Part shown: piece by piece, positions 24,191 through 37,593 of the stretch
How the letters are laid out: every line of letters begins with the position of its first letter
Numbering within the stretch: the first letter of the stretch is position 1
From: Callorhinchus milii
Taxonomy: Eukaryota
Length of the DNA: 64,000 nucleotides
Assembly (NCBI RefSeq): GCF_018977255.1
Contig: NW_024704743.1
Coordinates: 93,064,001 to 93,128,000 of the forward strand
Direction of reading: 5' to 3'
The notes under the pieces: generated by a model
The model's database searches: none
The model's input: only the letters and a program-made list of their open reading frames with translations
Told to the model about the DNA's origin: nothing
Position numbers and translations under genes: made by a program

Positions 24191-26228
24191 TAATCACCAT
24201 GCCTCTGTCCTCTCGAAGTCTCTTCTTAAACTGCTTTGCCTCTCTCTGCTTTGGCTCTCTCCCTGCCTTAAAAAAGAACATCAAAAAGCTTAGCTTTTTA
24301 ATCTTGTCTTTGGTCAACATCTTTAAATATCCCATTCATCTGCTCAGTTTGCAGTAATATTTTATCATGTTTGGGATCTTTTGGATGTCTGAAATTGGGA
24401 ACAAGCTTGTATTTACAGTGTTTTATATAAGTTAAGACACAGCTGAAATATTGTCTGCAGTTTTGAATGTCACACAATACAATTTATATTTATATATCAC
24501 CTTTGATATTGGGAGCATGTCTCAAAGCACACTATAGAAAGGTTATTAGAGCTATGGAGAGGGCCCATAGAGGTTGATGATGGACAGGAGAGGATTTGGA
24601 CATCAGTAGAAGTTGGAGGCCCTGGGACTTTTTTCACTCCAGGTATCGAGTAGAGGCTGGGGCTCTTTCTGTTTGTCTTCCTTGGGGAAAGTAAGTGAAG
24701 TTTCCTTGCAGCTGTGCATGTAGCAACATGATGTGCTTGGCAACAGAATGTCAGAATCAAGTTAATCCTCCTTGCCAGTATTGATGGTTCAGTACCTGAA
24801 TCAGGCAGGGCTGCAGTACTCCAGGATACTGCTGATGGAAGACCAGCTAGCCTGGCTCATCTGAAAGACTTGTAGGAATAGATCTAGCGATATACTTCCA
24901 TATATATTAAAAATAAGGAAGCTCAATCGTAATCATAAAATAATTTGATAGATTTCGTCCTGTTATTCTCTTGGTAAAATAAAATCTGTTAGTACTACTA
25001 ATAAAGGAATCTACATGAATAGAGAAGTTCCTTATGGTAAACCTGTCTAACATTTTCTTTTAATAATAATCATAACAACAACAATAATAATTCTTGTATT
25101 TGATATATCGCCTCATCAAGTTATCAAAACGTCGCAAAAGCACTTCATGGGATACACTGTGTATTTTGTGGATGAGTAAAACATTTTTTGGGAATGTGTT
25201 TTATTAGCTTTACTGATGGTGAGTAGGTAAATTAACCATGCAGCATGGACTGAGATATAGGAACAATGTGGTGCCGGATTCAATCCCTGCTGTAGGCTGG
25301 GTCTGCTGATTTCATGCAGGTTAACTATGAACAGATGGAAGTGTTCTCAAAGCCCTCAGCCAGAATGTGGAGGAGTGCAAGATGTGAAAAGGCAATCTGG
25401 AGCATTCCTGCTTCTGGTTATTACACTCTGATGCTGTCTTTACGGGATAACAATGTCATCTCTACCAAATGATCACATTGCCTGCGAGTGACAAACATGC
25501 AATGAGATTTTTCAATCTGAAGGCTGTGGCTGTGCTATTAGTGATGCTAAAATGTTAGAGCATGCTTCTCTTGTAATCAGAGGCCCAGTATATATCGAAA
25601 AAGATTAATAGCCCTTTGATTTTCACCTGGGGAAGAGAATAAGAATGTAAATGTACTTCAATGGCAGGAGTCATCTCTCTGTACACCTCCTGCTATTGAT
25701 AGTCTCTACTGTGCTTTATCTAGTTAAGCACTAATCAATCGATCATAAGGGAAGTTCAGTTGAAGAAAATCCTTTGTCACATTTAATCCCCATCCATCCA
25801 GAATACATACATTACCAGTTAGAGCATATGTGCCCACACAACACACAGTAACTACACTTTACAGTGAATCTTGTGAGGTACAATAATAATATTATTATTA
25901 TATCAACCATTTCTCAAATTAGTCCAACATTCTGACATCAACCACGTTTCCTTTTACTGTTTCAGTTGTCAATTACCCTTTAGATATAGCATACATCATG
26001 TTGTCTGTCTTGAAATTGTTCTCTACAAACATAAACTTGTGATCCCTTGTTCTGCTGCCTTTCCGATTTAGGTTTGCAAAGGGCAATTTCATGACACAAA
26101 CCAGAAAGTCTTCATTTACCCAGTGGGTATTTAACTGAACAGAAAGAGCTTGATGTTATGATGAAAGAACAGTGGTGCAGTTATTCAGTAAGGATGTGAT
26201 CAAATAGGCTGAAGGACCTTCTTTATAA

Positions 26229-26545
26229 GTGGAGTCCTGTAGCTCAGTGGTTAGATCACTCACTTTGTAAGCAAGAGACCTGGATTTGATTCCCGGCAGG
26301 GTGAAACCTTGGGCAAGTTTCCTTACTCGACACCCTTGATAATATTCCCTCAAGAAAAAAAACAATAATAAATTGGTCATTTCAATCCACGACTGTTAGT
26401 GGGATGCTGCTGTGCGCAATTGGCTGACGCATTTCGCCCACAAATATAGTCAATTCACTTTACAGTCTATTCTGTGAAGCACTTTGAGATGTCTAGAAGA
26501 TTTGAAAAGCGCTATATCAAATGCAAGGATTATTATTATTATAAT
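26229..26545 (+). mobile_element. Young tRNA-SINE, short (about 60 bp deletion) form
   Basis: Complete head and tail, but lacks the ctgtttacctagc...gatcgcttttc segment. Confidence 0.9.
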
Positions 26546-26712
26546 ACTACAACTACTAACAATAATCATTGCATTTGGATAGTGCTTTTCATGTTGGAAT
26601 GACATCTCAAATGTGCTGCACAGGAATTTCTGCAAAGTGTAGTGACTGAGAATTTGTAGGCAAACGTGGTAGCCCATTTACGTATAGCAATGTCCCACAA
26701 AGAAGCCATGCA

Positions 26713-27070
26713 TCCTGTAGATTAGTGGTTAGAAGACTCACCTCACAAGTGAGAGGACCTGAGTTCCAGGCATGGCAAAACGCTGGGCAAGCTTCCTTAC
26801 TCCACATGGCTCTGTTTACCTAATAGTAAGTAGGAACCCAGTTGATAGTTGATTTGCGGATCGCTTTTCTGGGGGTAACAATTCCTTCAAAAAAAAATAA
26901 TTTGTTCATTCAATCCACGAGTGTTTGTGGGACACTGCTGTGTGCAATTGGCTGCTGTGTTATGCCCACAAAATATAGTCAATTCACTTTACAATATATT
27001 CTATGAAGCACTTTGAGACGTCTCAAAGACGTGATGAAGCGCTATATCAAATGCAAGGATTATTATTATA
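26713..27070 (+). mobile_element. Young tRNA-SINE, long form
   Basis: Colinear with 16747-17129. An opposite-strand SINE/L2-type tail at about 26560-26712 lies between this copy and the previous one. Confidence 0.88.
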
Positions 27071-29189
27071 CATGATCTTACAAAACTGTCTTTTAATGCA
27101 ATGAAGAAGGTTTTAACAGTGGGTGTTCCCCAGTTTATTTTGACTGCTATCATAAAATCAGAACTAAATTATTAAGCAATTTTTCCATGTTTTATTTCCC
27201 TTTCCAGTAAAAAGCCCAAAGCAATGCAGTAACAAAAGTGCAGACATTTAACATACATGTGACAATTACATTTGAGAACTCGTAAGTATTTTGTGTAATA
27301 CAAAAACAATAATGGTTGCAAGACAAGTTCAATAAACATGACATTCCAGACTTGATATTGCAGTTTTAAAACAGACATCAAAACATATAATTTCTCCTTT
27401 TTTTTGCATTTATGTGACAAAATACAGATCCTGAATAAACACCTAAATGCAAAGGTAATTGACATTTTAATGTTAATACTCAGAGAGAAAACAGAACTGA
27501 AAGAGTCACACTCATCTTTATGCAAAGATATCAAATGAGATTCCACTAGTTCTGCTCTGGTCATAGGTAAAATGAGTGTTCATTTTGGAAACAAACAAAT
27601 CTAGCAATAGAAACCTAACCTGACAGTAAGAAGGCTGATTTGGATGTTCTGGGCCCATTAAGCAAGTTTTTACTTGGAAAATTGACTGAGTTTAATTTTC
27701 AAAATGACATAAATTGCACTTTTGTCAGTAGAAACTTGCCGTACCTGATGAAAAACACAGTGAAAATAAGCTGACGTGATTTCAGTGGACTTGTATTTCA
27801 AACCCACATAGTTGCTGTGTGATGGATCCAGCAATTAACACATTTTGGGCCAAGCTACGTACATTTCACATTGCGGTAGGAAATCTCACCACTAGGAAAT
27901 AATTACAGCAATTTCTGAAACTATTACCAGTAACGTCTGTCAGCCAGATGCTTTTTCACCTAACAGACATTTTAATTTTAAAGTTTGCATTTGTTAAAAC
28001 TCTGCTAGTTATCCAAGCCAAATTCCTGTCAGTCGATGCATATGGGAACAGGCACTTAGATTTTTTTAAACTTTTTCTTCTGCATTTAAAATGTGCATGA
28101 TGGATTTTGATTGTGGTGATGAGCCTGAGAATGTGATAGTCATGTTAGTGGCCTGGAGGCAGCACTTTTAACAGTGGTGGAGGAAGTAAAGTCCCGTTTG
28201 CCTTTCTTGCTGCATTTCACAATCATCACTGTCATTCTCTTCCAGCCTCACGGGCATCCCTCTGAAGAAGATGACAAGAACACAGTTAACAACGCAACAG
28301 GCCAAGATAAAGCACTTCACTAACCATACAGTAGCCGCAAGGATGATTATCACAAGATCACAAGGTTTGGATAAAGGTATATCAGCCCATTTGATTTCAT
28401 CTATCCAGAATACCGACACTACCATCTTCCCATTACAGCATTATTACAGCTATTTCCTATATGACTCCAACGTCCCAGCCTCAACCACTCTTTCTGATAA
28501 CATGTTTTTGTGTAAAAGATACTTCATGGTGTTAGTTCTGAAATTGCCCTTCATAACCTTGAATCTGTGACTACTTATGCATTTGTCTTGGTTAAGTTAG
28601 TATGGACTAGGATCGTAAAAGAGTTCAAACTTTTTATATTTAGGCCACTACGTATATGCAGGTGGCTGAAAACAAGATGATCTACAGAATGAAGGAATGG
28701 GGGCTGGATTCTGCTTCACCATTACTGTATCATTTAGGGAAGTGACCACATTCCACTGATAAAATAAGATTTGCCACACTTCAGCCCCTGGGATAAACAC
28801 ATAATAACATTTCAGATTATACCTTTGTCTCAAATAATAATGTAAACTTAGTGAAAGCTGAGCCAAGTTCTTTGCATTACAATACGATCCTCACATAGAT
28901 GTGCTGACTGGCTCTGTGATATGAGATGTGTGGGTGCCTGTAGGTTTCTTGCAGTTACAAAATTCCTATGATAAAAGTTGTTGTTGACCTAAACTATGTT
29001 TTGTTTAATGTTCTACTAGAATACTGCATTGTTTGTGGATACTATATGTTCAAACTATGCCTAGTGAGAATTGAAAAAAAGACCTTGAAGATAATTTCTC
29101 TCAATTCAGGAGACAACATTCAGACGACACACTGCCTGATTATTCTGCAATGGCATGTGGGGTAGGAGATCTCAGCTTTGAGATGTCAA

Positions 29190-29580
29190 CTCAGCTAAGT
29201 TTATGCCACTTTCACATTTGGGTCAGACCCATATTGGAACTTTGAGCCCATGCTCTAGACTGACACTCCAGAACAATATTGAGAGAGCAGCTGTTGAAGG
29301 TGCCATCATTTGGATGAAACATTAAACCCTTACCTATTCAGGTGGATGCCAGGTCATTATTCATAATGAGAAGGGAGCTTATAATGTGTTGGCCAGGAAT
29401 TCTCCAGAAAAATTGATCAATCACTTCATGGATGTTTGGATGGGATATTGCTATGCCCAAATTGGCTGGCGTACTTGCCTACAATACGCAATAGTTGCAC
29501 TTTACAGAAAATTTGTGAGGCACTTTGACATACTCTTGACGTTCTAGGAGCTATACTAAATGCAGGGATTATTGTTATTT
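29190..29580 (+). mobile_element. Deu-SINE (old)
   Basis: ctagactgacactcca...gttgaaggtgccatcatttggatgaaacattaaacc...caaattggctg...aaatgcagggattatt. Confidence 0.78.
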
Positions 29581-29929
29581 AAGAAGGCATTGCCCGACTG
29601 CAGCAAATGACAATTGGTGAATTGATTTGCTCCCACTGGAGTTTGAAGGAGTTTCTGAGATTGCAGAGGCTGAAGCTAAGTTGAGTATTTGTGTGGCATC
29701 TCCAAGCCTCACATCATTATTGCTGTGCTCATCAGCACACCAGTGCGTTTCAGAGAGGAGGTTTATCGACCATCACAAAAACATCTGCTGAATATATGAG
29801 CAGTAGAACTGGTTGCAGCATTCAGCCTACATTAAAGTCATAATTTATAGTTTACTATTGGGAATTATTGTCATTCCCTATTTACAGCACAGCAATAAGT
29901 CGCAGCAATACATTTACTGCAGCAATACA

Positions 29930-30585
29930 TCTAATGCTCAGAAGGTTGTGGATTCACACCCCATGAAACTTTGAACTCACAGACTAGATCAGTGTTGGCC
30001 AACCATTTTGATCGGCCAACAAACTCAATTTTCTTGATTGATTATTTCTTGATTTATGCTATAAATCAAGAAATATTTGATCAAAATAACTTGAAACACA
30101 CTATTGATTGAACATGGGCTCACCTAGACTATTGTGAATACTCGGAGGTGGAGCACACTTCTTGATGGCCATAGGCCACTGGCGACTACTGGCCTAGATA
30201 GATACTTCAGTGCAGTACTGGGTGAGCTCTCCATTGTGAGCACTCCACTGTTAAGCGATCTGAGATATTACCCTGTGTGAAGCAAGCTATCTATATGCAA
30301 GTTATTGTTGTTGAGAAGTACCAGATTTCAGACATTAAACCAAGACTCTGTCTATCTGTCCATGTGGTCATTAAAGATCACATGACAGTAATTAAAAAGA
30401 GAAGGGAATTTCTCCCTGTAACCTGGCCAACAATCCCCCAGATAAAATTAGGCATTCACTTCATGGCTGTTTATAGAGTATTGTTGTGAGCAAATTGGCT
30501 GCTGCATTCATCTATAAATGCATGGTCACTACAATTTACAGCATTTTTGTGAACCACTTTGAGATGTTGCACCAAATGTAAGGTA
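29930..30585 (+). mobile_element. Deu-SINE carrying a hAT MITE and an L2 tail
   Basis: Head at 29930-29989, core resuming at 30200 and again at 30314. L2 tail at about 30250-30312. Confidence 0.75.
29990..30191. mobile_element. hAT (Charlie-like) non-autonomous MITE, 202 bp
   Basis: TIRs cagtgttggcca / cagtagtcgcca (reverse complement), 8-bp TSD gactagat (29982) / gcctagat (30192), and an internal 15-bp perfect hairpin. Confidence 0.75.
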
Positions 30586-31629
30586 TCTAGATTTTGTAAA
30601 GGATTGTTGGTAAATGTTGCAACACCTGGACTGGGTTCCCTCTGATTAAACAGTTTTAGGTAGATGTTAATGTCTTCATTTATTAAAGAAAGGATAGGCT
30701 ATAAAAGTGATTATTTCTTCTAATGAAAGATATCGGGAGTTATTCTTTGATTGTCAGTCTGTTTACCAACTTTTATTGATGTTCAATTGATGTTACATTG
30801 GTAAAAAATTATTGAAGCCAGTAAAAGAACTTCTCAGTTAAAGGTCAGTAGCTTTGTCAAGCTCTGATCTTAAGCAAGTTTGAGGAACCACTAGGTTTGT
30901 TGAGCTGGGCTGCTGTGAACCTGAACTTCCAAACAACATTCGGCGATGATTTACTTTCATAAAGAGTAGAGTGAAATCTCACTGAAGGTGTGGTACAGTT
31001 GAAAAGCAAACATTCCTATGCCTTTTATTAAAATGAAATTATGTACCTGCCCAAGTCCCTGACCAAGGGAATTCACCAGTAGTGACTTGGTTTAATGAGC
31101 TTCCTAACATCAGATAGCACTGGGGCTTTAGCATGCAACAGCTCTCACAATTGATAAGCAGTGCAGTGAACTGAGACAGGGACAGGAAAGAGCTGGTTTT
31201 AATCACCATTTAAAGTCTCACTCTTGAAACTGCAGCTGAGACATAAATTATAAAGAAAGGGTTACACACATGCAATAAACGCCATTATAAAAAACAGTTA
31301 TTCAGCAAAGACACATGAGGATATTTGTCACAAAACAACAAAATGGAAAGTGGATATGACAAACAGGGCTCTTCATCAAACTATACGAGTGAGAAATATA
31401 TTCTTTATTTCAAATATAGCTATGTAGTAATTAATTTAATAGATTTCACATAACTTAATCATCCAGCTAACGTTGTATGATTTGCCCATTCTCCGAATTT
31501 TATATTAAATATCCCCAAACTGAAAACCCATGTTAAATCTAAACTAAATGTCTGATTTGCATCTTAACATTATGTTTTAAACATTCTCTGTCAGTGTACT
31601 GCTAGAAGTGGAACCTTTTCAAGTGAAAA

Positions 31630-31990
31630 ATAATTTGTATTTTTATGGCACCTAACACGTGGACATTAATTGCATGTAATTATTGTCGACTGCAAATGTG
31701 GCAGTCATATTGCACAGAGCAAAGAAACAAAAGCAGCCGTTGGGTGAATTGTCAATTCATCTGCAAGACACCATGAAATACTCTTTCTCTTTTCAAATAG
31801 TGTCATGGTATCTTTAATGTCCACCTGAAGAACCAGCAGACTGCTCCTTGGTTTAACAATTCAACTGAAAGATGACTAACTCTCACAATGCAGTGCTACC
31901 TCAGTACTGCATTGCCATGTTAGCCCAGATAATTAGTTTAAAATCCACACACTTCTTAAGCCAGATGCAAGGGCACTGCCAGCCACGCCA
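31630..31990 (-). mobile_element. Deu-SINE (old)
   Basis: ttcaaatagtgtcatggtatctttaatgtccacctga...ttggtttaac...tgcagtgctacctcagtactgca is the reverse complement of the Deu core. Confidence 0.78.
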
Positions 31991-32269
31991 ACCATACATC
32001 ACATTTGTAATACATGACACATTTTTCTGTTTCTTTTTCTTGTAAATGCAAGACCTTGAAGTGAATTTAAACATATTTAAATATATTTTACTAATTACAC
32101 AGACAAAACATATACTGCTTCATGGAATCTTCCATATTTTTTCTAGGGAGCAGAATATTTATCCTATGCTTTAGTATGAATCATATTTGAAAATGCGTTT
32201 CATAGAAGATCTTATAGTGTCATTTCAAATGGTAAAATGAGATTGTTAAAGTATACTCAGAGCCAAACT

Positions 32270-32500
32270 TTCACATTCACCAAAGCAGCAGGACAAGAAG
32301 GCACATGTGTAGGGTTTTGAAGGAAAAGTTCAGAACAAGCACTAGAAGGATGTAATTGATGACTGGAATAGTTTGTAGGAATATTGATTGAGACCAGGAC
32401 ACTGGAGTCATTTAAGAAATACATTAATGCTATAACAGGAAAACAGTAAGATGGGATGAGATCAAATGAGCTGAAGAGCCTTCTTCATCACCTGTTGTGA
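32270..32500 (+). mobile_element. CR1 3' fragment, decayed
   Basis: ggacaagaaggcac...tggaatag...tcatttaagaaa...gatgagatcaaatgagctgaagagccttcttcatc. The same tail type occurs at 53010-53265, 57090-57230 and 61020-61510. Confidence 0.65.
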
Positions 32501-34223
32501 TATTAAAATGTAAATCTAGCACTAGCAAGTCTTCAATGTTCAGTTAATAATTATTTATGAGTCCATATTCCTTTTAATGATCAATAAATAATACTGTTAA
32601 AAAGTACGAACTGTAAATCTGAACTGAAAATATTATGATTGTTTGAATGTATGACAATACAATGCATAGATATTTGTAATGGTGTAAACATAAACTAATA
32701 TTTATCAATGGGAAAACCCATTTAGGGATGGTCAAACCTTTCAAGATCCAATATTTTTTTATACTTAATCCATTAATTTTATACTTAAAAAGTTCACCCT
32801 TCTTCAAGTAGATTACTGATTTCTACTAACTTCACAATGTTAATTAAAGGTACTTATCTCCCTGTGTGACATATAGCCTCCACTTTTTTCCATGGTTCTA
32901 TGGGTCCCTAACTTATTATTGTAATAAGCACTCAGAGATAAATAGTTTTTACAAATAACTCAAGTTATATCATAATGGATGCTTTCAAAATGTTAAAAAG
33001 CTTGAGACAAAAAGTGTTTTATTGATGTTACAAAATATGGCAGTAAATCTCAGAATTTATTATAAAATCTTTTGCAAACTAGAGTTTAATATATCCTTGT
33101 AACATGCTATCCAAAGAATCATATATATATATATACACACACACACATATTTAATAATGTACACAACCTTCAGTTTGTGTTGATTTATTTTGCTAACACC
33201 AGCAGGTTTTGCTATATGGATTCAGGTTCATATCTTCTGTTGTGGCTATATTGTGCCATTCGGACCTATTGGGACAACACATCACAGGAAGGCAAGTTGA
33301 GGCAGATATTTTAGTAGCCTGCTTCACACTGAAGGAAGAGATAGTATTATAGACCCCCTTGTTTTACTGGGATGTTGAGTATTTGTGTTTATTATTGTAG
33401 TGGACTCTATCCACTTTATTCATTTTTTAAAAAAGAGACCACAAAGGAGGAATGTATACTTAGCAAATAAGATATATATATTTGCATATTCAGAGTCTGT
33501 TGTGGAGGGACAATTTACAGAAAATAACTTATTTGTGCTGGAGGATCTCATGCCTTCAAAAAGACTAAAATAAGATAGTCATGTGGAAAGGCATTTATTC
33601 ATTTAACTCAACTCCTCATTTTGGATCATTCAATGATGCTCACCTTCACACTTAACTTGCCTTGGTACCAAGTCTGCAGCATCCCTCTACTCCCTAGTGA
33701 ATTAAGAATGTGTTCATTCCCTAAGTAAATGCTTGAGGTGAGTCTCCCCGCATTGTACCCACTGGAACTTATTTAATTGTTATGAATGTGATGTCCTTAT
33801 TCCTCAAGGTAGCTATAGCATGTGTTTCCTTAGCTTATAATATTGGACACTAATTCTATTCTCCCCTGCATAAAACAGTTCTGTACAATCAAGGTGATAA
33901 GATACACATGGTTTCCTTATTTCCATGTTGATATTTTATGTATACACATATATATTATATATGTAATATATATATACTGCATTAAGCTTGTTCAATCAGA
34001 ATCAGCATTGATGTAGCTAAAAAAAACAGAAAGATTTATATTGTGATATTATAATTATTGTCATTCAAAATTGTGGTTGAATCATAGTGTGAGCTCAGAT
34101 TGAGATAAGATGGTATCCATTGAACCTGCACTCTTATCCCTTGTCCAGCTGCTGGCAACTCCAATGATGGCCACTAGAGACCCCAGGTTTAGCCTTTCTG
34201 CTGAAGTCAGGGAATGGTGTGGT

Positions 34224-34256
34224 GGGGAATGGGGGGTGGGGGGGGGGGGGGTGGGG
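34224..34256 (+). repeat. G-rich tract, potential G-quadruplex
   Basis: ggggaatggggggtggggggggggggggtgggg. Confidence 0.8.
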
Positions 34257-34994
34257 TTCATTTACAGACATACATTAGTTATGAACTGATTAAACCGCAA
34301 TTATTAACAATATGATAATAAGGCATTGCATTTTTCATCCCTTTATAAATAGTTTACAGAGGTCAATTAGTTTTGTTTTATGATGTAGCTATTTCCAAAT
34401 ATTGTTCATTAACAATTATTATCCATAATATGTCCTGTGGCTGCATTATTGCAAAAAATCTCCTGATTATATATTCTGCTGGTCAATGGATTAGAGTGAA
34501 AATATGGAGCCAGGGTTACCAGGCATAAATGACCAGTTCTTTCAATGACAGTTATATAATTTCTACCTGACATCCCGAGAGGGCAAATAAAGATGTAAGT
34601 TATTACATAGCAGAATCTAAAATCATTATGCTCCATTCCCTGCAACCATCTACAGTGTTATAAAACTTATATCACTGTAGATGGTTACCAACTGGTCTTA
34701 ATTCAGAGATGACAGATTAACCAATTGTAAGCATTGTATTCACCCAAGAGTATATTGCTTTGTGTGAAGGGTTTAGGCAAACACCTGCGAATGTATGTGG
34801 AAAAAAAAAGCTGGTTTACGTTCTCTCTTACAACATCAGTTTATACTGTAGAAATGAAGGGCTCAGAATTTCAGTTTCCTAAACACATTCTTCTCATGAA
34901 CTAAGGAACAAGGTAAAAATGGGTTTGAATTTTTTCTCCAACATCCAAATAATGGTAGTATCCAAACCCAATGGAAAATATTGGTGTGTCACTC

Positions 34995-35415
34995 TGGCTC
35001 TGTTGATATCACCCTTGCCTCGAGAGTCAGAAGGTTACATAGCTTCAAACCCAACATCGAGGACTTCAACCTAATAATCTAAACTGATATTCCAGTGCAA
35101 TGCTGGGGAGTGGTGCAACATCAGAAGTGCCATCATTCAGATGAGATATTAAACCGAGGTTCTGTCCGTCTGTTCAGATTAAAGATCCCAGGACGCTATT
35201 CAAAAAGAATAGGGAGTTTCCCCCAGAGTCCTGGCCAACAATCTCTCAGTTAAAATGATGATTCAACTCTTGACTGTTTGTGGGACATTGTGTGCAAACT
35301 TGCTGCCACATTTGTCAACAAATGCACATCATTATGTTTTACAGTGATTACTGTGTAGCGCCTTGTGAGGTTTCAATGTGAAAAGGCGCTATATCAAATG
35401 CAAGGATTATAATTA
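34995..35415 (+). mobile_element. Deu-SINE, near full length
   Basis: tRNA head, core gtgccatcattcagatgagatattaaaccgagg...aaagatccca...gggagtttcccc...cctggccaac, and tail aggcgctatatcaaatgcaaggattat. Confidence 0.85.
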
Positions 35416-36869
35416 TTTGTCTTGGATTAGCGCGTCGTGAGGGCCCTGTTCTGGAAGCTAGAGAAGCCTCTCAGTTAACTCATCATGTTATAAGGTAGCA
35501 CTGAAAGGCTGCAATCAAGGATCCTAAATGTCAAATCCCGGCACTAAATATCTTAAAGATCTATGGAGTGTATGTCTTCTAAAGGCACTTTTTTTCAAGG
35601 TGAACAATTCTCATGTCCAGAATATCAGACCAACTCAAAAGTCAGGCTGGAGTCTGTACATCCATGCAGCAAGACCCCAAAATGCAACTACATAGATAGA
35701 TCTTTGACTTCAAGGATGGCAGCTGTGAACTACCAACACATCACTGACTGGCTCTAAATTTTCCTTATCAACTCTAAAGTTTTGGATCCTGGATTGTGGC
35801 CCTCTGGTGTGACTTGATCGAATAATGACTTAACTAATTGACAACCTATCAAGCACCACATGAAAGATCACGACTGGGGTTCAAAAAAAGGCACACTTGA
35901 GCAAGAAAGTAAGATGGTAACCTTCAACAATTTGAGCTGGTTTTGAGCACTACCATCATTGTGAAGTTAGGAGAAGATATTTCCAAGCACATTTAATCTT
36001 GCTCTTCAATTAAGGAACATGAATTGAATTGTGGTCTTTTCTAACATTCCTTATGTTCCTTAAGATGTTTCAATAACTACCAGTAGTTGAAACAACCATC
36101 TCTCCAACTAAATGGGATCACTTTCTTCTAGCTCACCATTGTTTTTTATCGAAATTTTTTAAAATGTAATTTATGAGTTTGGGGTGATTTCTAATACATT
36201 TGTTTCCTGGGCTTGATCAGCCAAGGACAAGCCAAAAACCCATCCAGAACATAATTTTTAAACAACCTCCAAGCTCAGATCTCTGGATCACTTAAAAGTT
36301 ATTTCCATACCCGGGAGGGTGCAATTTTCACCCTTCATTAGCATCGTGTTCGAGCAAGCAAATAGTGATCCCCTTTACCTGGAGACAGGTGCTTCATCTA
36401 TACAAGGAATGCCAGAAAAGGCTCAAACTTAGCCATGTCACGTGTTTAGAAATCTTACAATTTTGACTCTTGTATGCTCTCATTTGCCCTCAAAAATAAA
36501 AAAAACAACTTTATGCATCTTTCAAATGAAACTATAATTACAGTGAAATATTCAGGGTACAGCATGGTGTATTTTATATCTATAGAAAAATAGGTTTGAC
36601 TAACACTCAACACATATGCTATACAATAAACAATTTGCAATAATTTTTTGCAAGTATCATATATTTGTTTACAGTTAAATGTTGACAATGGCCAATGTGA
36701 GGTTACTGACGAATGGATCTCTGAGTGGAAAAAGTGATGTGCACAATTCCTGATGGTAACATTTATGAAGTTTCACACCACGTTCTTTATAACTATCACA
36801 AGGAACATGTTATGAACTCACTGTATAAGGGCACGATATAAATGCAAGTTATTGTTGTTGCCACATGTT

Positions 36870-37593
36870 GTTGTTTGATCCTCAACTGTTCTTTCTACCC
36901 CACATCCATGCCATGACCCGCTCTGCCTTCCCCACTTCCGCAACAAGGCTGGCTCCACCACTGCCTCACCCCTCAGGATGCAGAAACCCTTATCAACACA
37001 TTCATCACATTTAGGCTCAACTCTGCCAACTCCCTGATTGTCAGCCTTCCCAATGCTTTGCTCCACAAGCTGCAGATCATTCAGAATTCTGCAGCTCGTG
37101 TCCTCCATGACCCTATGACCCCCACCCTCACCTATCGCCACTGGCTCCCCATTCCCCGGAGGATAGAGTTCAAAATCCTCATCCTTGTCTTCAAGGCCCT
37201 CCACAGCCTTGCTCCTTCCTACCTCTGTGACCCTCTAACCCCATATAAACCTGTCTGCTGTCTCCGCTCAGCAGGTTCGGGCCTATTGAATGTCCCCAGC
37301 CCGTCCGGCCCCACCATCGGTTGTCAGGCTTTCAGCCTCTCTGCCCCCACCCTTTGAAACTCTATCCCACAGTACCTTCGCTTCACTCCCTCCTTGCCTC
37401 CTTCAAAGCGCGTCTCAAAACCCTCCTCTTCAACTGCACCTTCGGCCACCCTCCTACACTCCCTGGCCTTCATTCCACCCCTCCCCCAATCGCAACTCCC
37501 TGCTCGGGTCCAAATCCCTGACCTTCTAGCGCCTTGGGATATCCTCCCAACGTGGAAGGTTATACAAATGTAATGTGTTGATCTTGTTGTTGT
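36870..37593 (+). mobile_element. L2 3' fragment
   Basis: LHKLQIIQNSAARVL..HWLPIPRRIEFKILIL..SFKARLKTLLF, with a (TTG)n tail. Confidence 0.9.

Noticed and set aside
27172..27564. 130-aa ORF and other short ORFs in AT-rich DNA
   Set aside because: No recognisable domain, no splice-supported structure, and a composition typical of non-coding DNA.
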